This document shows positions 1-10,286 of a DNA stretch of 64,000 nucleotides, in pieces. The notes beneath the pieces are model-generated. The model was not told where the DNA came from, did not search any database, and was given only the letters and a program-made list of their open reading frames with translations. Where the stretch lies: assembly GCA_034226945.1 (NCBI GenBank), contig CP120460.1, positions 868,001 through 932,000 on the forward strand, in the 5' to 3' direction. The position numbers were made by a program, and so were the translations under genes. Every line of letters begins with the position of its first letter. The first letter of the stretch is position 1. This DNA is from Picochlorum sp. SENEW3 (taxonomy: Eukaryota).

Positions 1-313
1 GCAGACGCTCAAGACGTATGTACAACCTCCAGTAGAAAGTCTTATTTGTCCCACCCAAAATGCCTTTTGACCGGACACCTCAACAACACCGGCGACAGTG
101 ATTCGTTGCATTCTGCGTCATACCAGTCTGCTCCTGCATGTGCATTCAGTAAATATTTTTTCTTTGATCTTTGTAGTACTATTGATTTAGGATACAGCAT
201 GTACACTTGGATGCAAGGGAACTGTTTCTGTGGGTGCAGTTGGCAAGTGTTTGCCACGTATATGCGCTAGGAGTACCATATGATGACACATAGAGGCAAT
301 TCTTAAAAAGGAG

Positions 314-1173
314 ATGGTGTATCTCAGAGCAGCTGCTGTGCTGGTCTCGCTAGGCTTGATAACGTTGCTTTTTTTTGGTTTCCAAGGGTTTGACAGTAGC
401 AGATTTCCTCCCATTGCCGTAGAGAGGTTTATATACAAGCAACACTCCACGAAAATAATTGTATCCAAGAGCAGAATAGGGGTAGCAAAAAAACAAGAAA
501 GAAAGGGCATGACTGGTGGAAGAAAGAAGAAGAAGGAGACTTGTGATGTCAAGCCTGCTCCTCGTGGAGTGTATGTCAAAGGACATGGGCCTTGCATCAC
601 TCAATTTCCTCGTACGATATTCTCTATGTGCATCTATGATGTTGTATGAAAATTTTCTTACACAATCGTTTTCTTCGTATGTACAGATCAGCCCGCGTCT
701 CTCGGTGGAATGGATGATTGCTGGAGACTGGCTTTTGCTGTTGCACAATGGGGCCAACCAAAGAACCCATCCAAGGCTGAATACGGTGATGACTGGGAGG
801 CAACAGCCCGTGCATACCCTCACACAGCGAAACAAGCACAACAAGTAGCAGATGATTTCAATACCCGTACAGAGCTACCAGTTTCAACTGAATGGAGCCC
901 TGACCATCCCTACGTTAGATTGTGTGTTCCGGTGCGTCCTGCATGTCTTTCACTGGAAATTTCTCTCATCTTATACAACGAATCAACTATGTTCTCATGC
1001 AGACAAAATGTGGACTATCCAAGAAGAGTGGGTGCGATCTGAAAAAGACGGATTTTCTCATGCATTTGAATCCAAACACTAAAGACATTGATAATACCAC
1101 TCACCTGTTCTACAAGGGATTTGTGAGAAATGGCCACCTCATGCTTCCCAATGCTGGACTAACAGGTCATTGA
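314..1173 (+). CDS. Uncharacterised protein with N-terminal signal anchor (paralog A); exons 314-611, 687-931, 1003-1173
   Basis: Splicing GT-AG introns 612-686 and 932-1002 joins ORFs 314..649, 710..1042 and 922..1173 into one frame. N-terminus is hydrophobic (MVYLRAAAVLVSLGLITLLFFG). Clear similarity to the neighbouring minus-strand gene. Confidence 0.8.
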
Positions 1174-1287
1174 ATGAAATATTAATATCAAGACGTGATT
1201 ACAAAAGAAGATTCAATAAAAATATGTATGCATTCAAATTCTTTAACTCTGATCAATGCTGGTGCAAATTATAGAAATTAGTCCCTC

Positions 1288-1967
1288 TTAATGCTGACTT
1301 CTTCCTGCGTATCCATTCCAGATCCTTCCATATCGAATGAATGCTTTATAGAATAAATCTGCAGAAATATCCGTTTCAGGACCTGTTGGATTCATCCGGA
1401 TGATAAAGTCGTCTGGCAACAGCCCAGCATTTGCAAGTCCATACTCTGACGGTACACAGATACGTGTATAGGGCTGGTATCTTGTCCAACGCCCCTTTTC
1501 CATTTTATACTTACTCCTAGCAAGTGATCTCTTGACTCGGAGGGCCCTCTTTGCGATAAGAGGGTAATCACGCTTCACAGCTTCCCAGTCACTTCCATAC
1601 AAGGCCAACTGGGGATTGTCCAACTGATCAGGCTGTGCATTCGCATACAGCATGATCCAATTATCTTCTGACCAATCACCTGGATCTGCATAGTACCATA
1701 ACAACAGTGTAAGAGCTCTCGTGAAAAGATGCTTGGATCTGACCATCTCAAAGTCATCCCTCGCTCGAATGACCTCGGTCGCGACCCGTAGCTGAGCCGC
1801 GTCAGGGGAAAGACACAGCCCTTCACACTACAACAATGGCAAGGCACCTATACATATTAAAATATCATACACGTACTTCCAAGATTCGTTCTACATTTCT
1901 TTCTATCCGCTAAAACTCCCACAGCAAATGCTGCGAGGAACAAGATTGTCGTCAAAATCTGTCGCAT
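1288..1967 (-). CDS. Uncharacterised secreted protein (paralog B); exons 1967-1877, 1685-1288
   Basis: ATG at 1967 gives signal-peptide-like MRQILTTILFLAAFAVGVLA-DRKKCRTNLG. Phase-1 intron 1876-1686 (gtacgt...tgcag) joins it to ORF 1288..1746 (NPGDWSEDNW...GRSQH). Confidence 0.8.
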
Positions 1968-2384
1968 GGAGCCTCCTTAATCTATCACATGCACGACGAA
2001 ATCCCCTGAACAACTGTAATATGTAAAAAATTTTGATACTTTATTGGCAATATGAGGTCGACGCCTGTGTCTCTTAATCTTTTTCAAACCTAACACATTC
2101 GCCTCACACGGGTATGCGTCCCATGTGCCAATGGCCGGTCAATGGTCCGGTCTCTCCGGTAAACCAGCCACAACCGGTCGGAGACCTTTGGAGACCGGAA
2201 GTCCTGTTCTGCGAAGCCTTCTGCTTAAAAGTCTATTGCATTGTTCTCTGGGAGTACCTTGAAGCAGACCTTTTACTCCCCTTACTATGTATTTGGTATC
2301 ATTCAGCGAGCGTCGTTGAGCCTCGCAGGCTGCGACGGTGTTTCTTGTTCTTGTTTGAAAAGGAGTGTGACGTTTGAAAGCGCC

Positions 2385-5177
2385 ATGACGCTGACACACT
2401 CCAACGATACGAATGAGTGCGATCGTAGTATTTTAACAACGATTCGTACTGTTTTCGACATCTTGTCCAGCAGCAGGGATCCGAAGGCACTTCTGGGGAA
2501 CTTGGCCATAAAATTGGGATTTGTCGAGCAAAAGCCACGCGCGCATGCTGGTCGCTTTGAAACATATGATCAGGAGGTTGATTCGTTGATATCTTTGTTG
2601 GATGAAGAGTATGCGTGTCGAGAAGATTGGCTCTCACAGTGGTGGTACCCACAGGCATTCAAGGATTTCGCTGGGCTCATTTTTGACTGTACGCAATACT
2701 TGATACATTTCCCAAGCAGTTGTGACTCAATCTTACCGTATAGTATTTTGTGTAATCATCTCGTAGGTATCATTCCAAAGTTGAGAGGCTGCGTTGATTA
2801 TGACACGGACTGGGAGTTGCTGTGTTGGTTCTGGCAAGCTCCTGATGTGGAGCTGTTGAAGGTTATTTCACTGTATTTAGAGATCTCAAAAGCTGAGGAG
2901 ACATTCTCTCGCAGTCGATACTCGGATGTTGTAGTCGTGAGTGTCTCGTATGAAGTGGCTGCAACGATTCTGGAGGCCAGGGTCTGCAAGGAGACTGGCT
3001 TGGAGGCTGTCGTGTCATGGATTCAGAATGGAGTCCAAGAGAATCCGGGCTATCCAGAAGATGAGAAAATAAATCAGCTGATAAAGTTACCTGAGGCATG
3101 CTCGGCTGTGCGTGCGGAGAATCTCCTACATTACTCCAACTTTGTGCCACTGGTATCATCTCATTTGATGGGTCGAATTTCCTCTTGTGATCCAGCTGGG
3201 CCAAAGCTACGTCTTTGTTCTACTATATTAGATAAATTCTCTTCCAGGGGATTTTCGAGATGGGTAGCGCACACATTGATGGATGTATATCTGTCTGATG
3301 ATGAGGCTGTTCCGAAAGGCCTGGTGTCCAGCATTCTGCGATTATTTCCTGAAACAGGGGAAGGGATCAAGCTAGTCGTTGGTGAACTTCTCTATCAAGT
3401 TTCGGAGTTGGATAATCAAGGGAGTGCTGCACAGAAGGCCCTCGTGATGAGAGGAATCATTTCAAGAGATGTGTGGGATGGCCATGTTGGTGTCAGACTG
3501 CAGCTTGGTGATACTCTGTTGACTAAAGGTAGATTGCGTGAGAACTCCTTGCAGGTATTATTGAATTACCTACAATCTATAAGTTCAGATAATTCTAATG
3601 ACTCCGCTTTAGCTTTGGCATTCAAGCGTGTAGTGGCAGTCTGGAGTGGATCCTCATCAACCAATAACTTGTCTGCTCACCAGCAAAAGATTCTTGCAAA
3701 CTTCATCATTGGCTGCCTTGAATTTTATAATCGAGACACACTGGAAAAAATGGGCGACATAATTCCCCAGATACTGAAAGGAATTAGCGTGTATCTGGAG
3801 AGCCCAAGGGAGCCCCTGCGGCATCTTGGAATGTGCGTTGGAAATTCACTTTCTTCGTCTTTGACGCCTGAGAAGCCTTTAATATTTTCTGAGAAAGGTA
3901 TTGAATCAAGTATATCTCTAAATGGGTCTACAATGGAGGAGAAAGATGATCAAGAATTGATCCATGAGAAACTGGTTGTGGTTGAAGACGATGATGTGAA
4001 CTCAAATATAGATTCAGATGATGATACAATAGACAGTGAATTTGGAGCGCAGCAAGATCTTGATGATAGTAACCAAGAGGATATCCCCATTAAATTGGAA
4101 GAGATGGTGAAGATGCTCAGAAATGGAGAAAACAACTGGAAAGAGCAACTTGCTGCCATTGCAGTTGCCGAGGATGTCATTAAAGCATCTCCCTGTGAAC
4201 TTGGTCTATATGCAAAGGATATTACGCAGGCACTTATGTATGCTCGTATTCCAGCTTGGACAAACGAAGAGAGAGAGAAACGTGGAACAAAACCAGTTGA
4301 TGAGCAACGATTAGATGCCCTTCTAGCACTAATTCTTGAGGAGCCAAGGGATGTTGGTTCCTATTTGATCGATGCTTTTTACTCACCGTCATCTGATATT
4401 CAGCACCGCGTTAGAGCTCTTCAGCTACTAAGCACAGGTGCGAAATGCCTCCAATCAGAGCGACCACTGCAAGAAATAGAGGCTGGCCCAGAATGCGGAG
4501 CTCCACTAAAACAACGATGGGCCAGTCAAGCGGGCCATATCTTGCTTGAGTGGTCGAGCAAACTGCTTTTACAGTGTGATAAGAGACAACAAGGTATAGA
4601 TTTATTTGGGAAGGACACACATCTGTTAGGATGCTTTATTTGCACTTTAGGAAATTTTGTGAATGTTTGCTCAGGATCGCATGAGGCCCTCTACCTTGGA
4701 ACTGCGATTCTCAGATTAATCAACAGCGATTCGGTAAAAAATAGTGAAGAAATATTTGTTCGAAGAAGTGCATTAGCCGCCGGAGCCCAATCAATAGCGT
4801 CAGTCCCAGCATCATCAGTGTCTGCTGCATTTGCACAGAGCTTGATTGGCACCGCTGATGATGCACTTCAGCCTCGCCAAGGTGCATCTGTTGCATCGAT
4901 TGAATTCTTTCGATTAACCAATGAGACGAATGAATGGTTTCAAAGTGCCTCAGAGAATGACATAGATTCAACGTGCCGCAAGCTTGGTGCTGGAGGTGTC
5001 GCGTTCATTGGAAATCTTGCCATGGATGCACTGGAGGAATATAGCAAACTGCACCAGGACAATTTTGGGACAATGGAATGGAAAGATGATCTTCGTTTGA
5101 AATATAGGATGTCTTCACCAAGACAGCTGCGATTGGATACAGTCAAGATTCCAAAAATTTCTGAGATTGGCATTTGA
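2385..5177 (+). CDS. TEL2: Telomere length regulation protein TEL2 (TTT complex PIKK co-chaperone)
   Basis: Long helical-repeat ORF with GISVYLESPREPLRHLGMCVG, an acidic linker containing DSDDD (4011-4025) and a C-terminal TEL2-like region (RLDALLALI...FYSPSSDIQHRVRALQLL). First ATG taken at 2385. Confidence 0.85.
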   Translation: MTLTHSNDTNECDRSILTTIRTVFDILSSSRDPKALLGNLAIKLGFVEQKPRAHAGRFETYDQEVDSLISLLDEEYACREDWLSQWWYPQAFKDFAGLIFDCTQYLIHFPSSCDSILPYSILCNHLVGIIPKLRGCVDYDTDWELLCWFWQAPDVELLKVISLYLEISKAEETFSRSRYSDVVVVSVSYEVAATILEARVCKETGLEAVVSWIQNGVQENPGYPEDEKINQLIKLPEACSAVRAENLLHYSNFVPLVSSHLMGRISSCDPAGPKLRLCSTILDKFSSRGFSRWVAHTLMDVYLSDDEAVPKGLVSSILRLFPETGEGIKLVVGELLYQVSELDNQGSAAQKALVMRGIISRDVWDGHVGVRLQLGDTLLTKGRLRENSLQVLLNYLQSISSDNSNDSALALAFKRVVAVWSGSSSTNNLSAHQQKILANFIIGCLEFYNRDTLEKMGDIIPQILKGISVYLESPREPLRHLGMCVGNSLSSSLTPEKPLIFSEKGIESSISLNGSTMEEKDDQELIHEKLVVVEDDDVNSNIDSDDDTIDSEFGAQQDLDDSNQEDIPIKLEEMVKMLRNGENNWKEQLAAIAVAEDVIKASPCELGLYAKDITQALMYARIPAWTNEEREKRGTKPVDEQRLDALLALILEEPRDVGSYLIDAFYSPSSDIQHRVRALQLLSTGAKCLQSERPLQEIEAGPECGAPLKQRWASQAGHILLEWSSKLLLQCDKRQQGIDLFGKDTHLLGCFICTLGNFVNVCSGSHEALYLGTAILRLINSDSVKNSEEIFVRRSALAAGAQSIASVPASSVSAAFAQSLIGTADDALQPRQGASVASIEFFRLTNETNEWFQSASENDIDSTCRKLGAGGVAFIGNLAMDALEEYSKLHQDNFGTMEWKDDLRLKYRMSSPRQLRLDTVKIPKISEIGI

Positions 5178-5360
5178 CCACCCGATCTTTTGCATGAACT
5201 ATGCACATGCAAGCTTCCCTTCCTGATGCATATATTTACTCATATCCCCGGGACTCATTTATTTATTTATTCATAAATATGATACAATAGTTTATGCCTG
5301 AGAAGAGCATTAGTAGTGCATTCTTGTCTCTCCACAGGAGTCAACGAGGCTTTGTCCGAT

Positions 5361-8300
5361 ATGAGCGCATTCGAATGGTCTCTTGCGACAAAACTTGCAA
5401 ACGCAGGTTTTGATTTGGACTCAATTTCCCTTAGTAATTCTTTTGGCATTCAGCAAGGCTCCCTTGCGCTTGGCAAACAAGATGCGGAACAACAGAAATC
5501 AAAAGAAACAGTTTCCTCCCAGCTTAGAATGGCGGGACAATTATGGTCTATCTGCAAAGACTATGAGATGAAACTCCCCTCTGTTCCGATTCCTGATACT
5601 TTCGATGGCCGAATGAGACATGCGAAGGTGTGCAAGGAATCCGATGTGCTTCTTTGTCGACTGAAAGTTACTTGTGCCGACATATGGTTGAGAATATATG
5701 AATCCAGAACGGATAAATGGCCTATAAATGTCCTTCTAGATTTAATATCATGGTTACTGGAGGCGTGTGAATCCCTGATTGGTTTGAAACAGTGGTCAAC
5801 GGTGAATAGCTTGCTAGCGCACGTGATGCAGACTGCCGGGACATTACAGGAACTAGTGCATAATGCTTTCGCTAGTGGTCCACAAGAGAGAATATTCCTT
5901 TCGGATGATGATTGCTCGCCATTCACTGAGTGTGAGAGGGCCTGCCTTCTTTGGATCAAAGCCAAGGTGACTTCATTCCATGTACTCATGCAGCTCAAAG
6001 GAGCCACGGATTGGAAGCTCAGCCATGATCAATTGCAGAATATCTTGACTGATATATCTGATAGGTATATGAAAGTTTCAATGTTTATAGAGTATCGGCG
6101 TACCAGCACGTCTGTAGCAGTACAATTTATCAAATCCTGTCAGTATGAGGAGGCAACCCAAATCCTCAAAAGTCTACTGGAATTCCATGGATCTTGGAGT
6201 ACGACGGAAGAGTCGAAGTTACAGCATAATATTGATCATATCATAGCATTAAACAGAAGAAAGTGCTCTTTACTGCTAGCCTGGTGTCATGTTCATAGAG
6301 AAGAAAGCTTTCAGGCTAGCAGCCATGTCGATCTATTCATGGCTGATCTCCCTGAGGCCATCAGAGAATGGCTCCAGAAATTTGATTCTTTAGATTCAGA
6401 ATATTATGAGACTTGCTTAGAAGCTAGCAGGCACCTTGATCGATATTTAAAGCAGAATGCCAAGGCTCCACGCTGGCTTGAGTCCTGTGCTTGGGCATGT
6501 TCTCAATTGATGTGTCATGCTCAATGGAAATGGATGCCGCACATTATTTTCCAATATGCACATACGCATACAATTAAGAAAGGTGAGAGAATAATGAACA
6601 TACTATACAAGTTGGCAGAATATTACGGTATCACATGTGATTGCAGATTACAGGCAAGCTTTTATGGTCATGTTGCTCAGGTATCTCTGCTGTATCATTG
6701 ATCAACCTCATTTCTATGAATGCGGCGAGAAATGCCAAGCTATTCATGCAGTAGTTTCAAATGAAAATGTGATGGAGCATTTGAAGAGCAGGGTGCAACT
6801 TAGCAATGAGGTACTCAAGCTGGTCTGGAATGTTGTGTGTGAGATTTCTGACCAACAACCTTGTTTGCAACCAATGCTTGCAACAGCGTTACTCCTGGCA
6901 GAAATCACCCAGGATATTGATTTAATATCCAAGATTCTCATATGCTACTCCCGCATGTACTTCAAGGAGAATTGTCACGTGCAGGCATTTCATTACATTG
7001 ATAGGGCGGAGAGGTTGAACCCTGCACAAGCACATCTTTCCAGGCTGGAACTTGCTCTGGAGAACAAGTCCGATCAGTCGTCAATTGAGAACGCAATACA
7101 TTTAGTATTTGAAGAGGAGGGTATCGACCTTGGGCTGACGTCCTACTTCGCATGTTTGGCCCTTGAAAATGACAACTATCCAGCAGCAGCTCTAATCTTG
7201 GAAAATATCCTCAGGCTAATTTTGGTGTGCAATGATGCGCGCTTTAACTCCTGTGAGCCTCAGGCTGTCATCCGAATATTCTTGAATTATTATGAGCTCG
7301 CTCATACGAAATTGAAGAGAACTTCAGGCACTGAGTTCGTTCAATGGATCGATTTGATATTGAAGAGGGGTCACTTGGCAGAAATCTCCAAGGTGAGCAT
7401 TGCATATTTAAAGTTGATGTACAGAGCCAAATGACAATCAAACCTCTCGTCCCTATAATGCAGAATTCTGAATCACACAATGAAGTCAAGTATCTTGTTG
7501 GGCATGCATGGTCTCTTGCAAAGGAAGAAATAGGTGAGCGAAATCACTTTGAGCGAGCCAGCAGAATCCTCTTCTTGGCTTCCAGAATGTTGGATCTGGT
7601 TGGCAACAAGGATATGGAGATACAACTGATGTCTCAGGTGAGTTGAGATGCTTTTTATGATAGCTGTTTCGAATTAATAGAATATGTTTTTGCCTCAGAT
7701 GATGTTTGGGCTAGCATCAGTCATATTGGTCATCTTTACATGTGATTCAGTGGAATCCAAACAGACAACCACTGAGATCCTATCGTCTTTGAGAGACAAG
7801 CAAGCTTTGTTGAGATCCAATACTGAAAACGATGGGTTTTTGTCCAGAATGCTTCAAGGATGGGAATTCCTTAGGCAGTACTTGGTACGACGCCGCTTTT
7901 CACTTTTATGATTCTGAAGCAGCTTAGACATTTTGCTCTCTATGCAGTCTATCATCATGCTCATTCGCCAGCAGCATGACAATATGGCTTTAGATATGCT
8001 GAGAGATGTTCAGGAGAAGATGGGATTTGAACATCTGATGATCCTCCTGGAGGAGCTGAAATGCCCTTACGCAGGTGAAGTGCCCTGCATAAGGACATAC
8101 AAGGCGGTGCTTTCCCACATTCTTCGATCACACAGCGCTAGAACGGTTCAGAACCCTTCTCTTTTTGCTGATGTACGTTCTGCTTACTATATATATATTG
8201 ATGAGCTAGGTCTGATTGACGTGTTGGTTCTCATGCTACATGCAGGTAATTGTTGAATATCTACAAATAGCCACAGGGCAGGAATTTTTTGAGATGCTCT

Positions 8301-8599
8301 CTAAAGCACACTCCTTCATACAGAGTTTTCCCAAAGAAACATTTCCTCGATATTTCCTCGAGTGGATGTATACTGCATCGTGGAACTTCGCCCATCAAGA
8401 GCATCCAGATGGACAATTTGCAGAGGACGCTGCTTGTATTGCAAGAGAAGGATTCCAACGAGAGAATCTATTATCAGCAGCCGAACAGGTATGTATTCCA
8501 GTTACAGACAATGGAAGATAAAGAATAAGACGTTAAATAGAACATTTTGCCCTGCAGAAGTTGCTGCTCAACACGTGCCAAAAATTCCAAACAGCTTGA
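5361..8599 (+). CDS. ZIP4: ZIP4/SPO22/TEX11-like meiotic TPR protein (multi-exon; start uncertain)
   Basis: ORFs 5316..6701, 6637..7434, 7344..7646, 7684..7911, 7933..8256 and 8216..8521 link through GT-AG introns. Motifs VVSNENV...LVWN, AFHYIDRAERLNP, EVKYLVGHAWSLA and FPRYFLEWMYTASWN resemble plant ZIP4 from memory. Last exon 8558-8599. Confidence 0.65.
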
Positions 8600-8644
8600 T
8601 ATCACAGATCCATGAATCAAACCTGTCAGGCAAAAGATTCTTTC

Positions 8645-9976
8645 CTAAGGGTCATTGATGAGTTTTTCTGGCTTATAATACTTGTCCATTAAAGATTCTA
8701 CGAAAATCTGTACGACAGAGTTTTTGCATCTAAAATACCCCGAGAAAGGGTACGGCTGGAATCCAATTGCCATTTTTGCTTTTCGATGCGACGCTCCGAG
8801 ATCAACCCATGTAATAGAAGGACTTTCGATTGCTTTCTCAACGTAGCTGTAGAGGATGTTGAAATATGTCGCGCATGATCTGTTCAGATCATTCTGGTAA
8901 TCTGTGCCACACCACATGGGCATGATGACATCTCTCCATATCACCCCAGTGCAGAACGAGATCATCTTCCTATTTTTCGGGTCACTTGTATCCCAAGCAA
9001 TAGATATCTTCAAATCTGGGACAGTCAAATGAAACTCAAAAAATTCCTCCTTGGTCAACACAGTAAATCCATTCTTTTCCCCTGTTTGAGCATAGAGCGG
9101 CCAAAGGGAATCAACAAACTCTTTGTTTGCTGGCAAATCGATAAATTCATGTAATATAGGCCCTTTCGCAAACTTCTTCCTTCTATCCTTGAAATTCCAG
9201 CGGCCTTTCTTCGACAGGACCTTGGCATAGTCATCCATTGACTTCATTCCAGATACATCCAACATGAAGGTATCACCCAAGGCAAATTCGACCCAAATAT
9301 ACTTATTATCCTTGAATGTCCCCAATTTATCAGGTTCGTCAATCACGACAATAAATGGGGAATTAGACCTTTCCTTCTTCGGCGTCACGTCCTTGTAGCC
9401 CTTCAGTCCTGCTGAAGGAGCCATTGTTGGTCTCCCAATAATGAGATAATGATCCATTGCTGTCCATTTCAGCATCGACACCAGTGCCGATGGTAGATCG
9501 ACGTAACCTTTCAATGGAAATGAGCGATAATCTACCATTCGAATTCCCTTGGAATCTGTAATGCTCTCCGTGGTGGCCTCGGAGTCGGCGGTACTTGCCT
9601 GGGACACTGTGGAGGGAACCCGAACACTCACTGCATGCCCCACTTTGGCGCTCTTCCTTGGCTCATTTGTAAACCGAAGACTATTCAAGAATTTTGAAAT
9701 CTCCTGGGCAGACACATCCACGCCTGAAGTGATCTTATTCGCTAGGTCTGTTGCTGTGGTTGTGGCACTCACAGACCCACTCTGCACCGCTTCCACAATC
9801 ATTTGCAGCCATGAGGAAGATTTCTTTGGCTCACTCTTGTCAGATTCTTTTTCATATTGCTTAGATTCTCCCTTGTCGCGGTTCAATGCCTGATCTAGTG
9901 GCATACTCATACCCGTATTCAACTCATACTCCTCCTCCTCCTCCTCGGTTGTGGGACTTCCACCGCAACAGAACAT
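8645..9976 (-). CDS. FemAB-like / Acetyltransf_6 GNAT-fold protein with low-complexity N-terminal extension
   Basis: Intronless 443 aa ORF. SMDDYAKVLSKKGRWNFKDRRKKF, LTKEEFF, MWCGTDY and YFNILYSYVEKAI...VDLGASHRKAKMAIGFQP fit the FemAB-like GNAT pattern. Confidence 0.7.
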   Translation of the reverse strand: MFCCGGSPTTEEEEEEYELNTGMSMPLDQALNRDKGESKQYEKESDKSEPKKSSSWLQMIVEAVQSGSVSATTTATDLANKITSGVDVSAQEISKFLNSLRFTNEPRKSAKVGHAVSVRVPSTVSQASTADSEATTESITDSKGIRMVDYRSFPLKGYVDLPSALVSMLKWTAMDHYLIIGRPTMAPSAGLKGYKDVTPKKERSNSPFIVVIDEPDKLGTFKDNKYIWVEFALGDTFMLDVSGMKSMDDYAKVLSKKGRWNFKDRRKKFAKGPILHEFIDLPANKEFVDSLWPLYAQTGEKNGFTVLTKEEFFEFHLTVPDLKISIAWDTSDPKNRKMISFCTGVIWRDVIMPMWCGTDYQNDLNRSCATYFNILYSYVEKAIESPSITWVDLGASHRKAKMAIGFQPYPFSGYFRCKNSVVQIFVESLMDKYYKPEKLINDP

Positions 9977-10286
9977 GGTAATTTAGTCCAGGGCAGTCCT
10001 GATTTCCAATCTAATATGAAATAAATTATCTTAGATAAGAGATAGTGTAATCTGTACGTGCTCAGTAGTTGGACAGAAATCCAGAAAGAGGACGCGCACG
10101 TGACAACCATCAAATCTCGGTTTTTCCGTGGCCATGGTACAGATGATACCATCCGATTATGATATGTCAAGGCGTGCTACCCATATGGTAGTGAAGTATC
10201 AAATTAATAGATCGAAAAGGTTTTCGACATCACAGGCGCCCGTTGGGTGCCTCTGAACTGTGTTATACAGTAAAATTGGACACGAC

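Noticed and set aside
1..270. Open frame at the left edge as a gene end or a third paralog
   Set aside because: No recognisable motif and no similarity to the paralog pair in the frames I translated; context is truncated.
5316..8658. Frame changes in ZIP4, and likewise in Raptor, FAB1, purH and the phospholipase, as pseudogenes or programmed frameshifts
   Set aside because: Those I traced coincide with short GT-AG introns that restore the frame.
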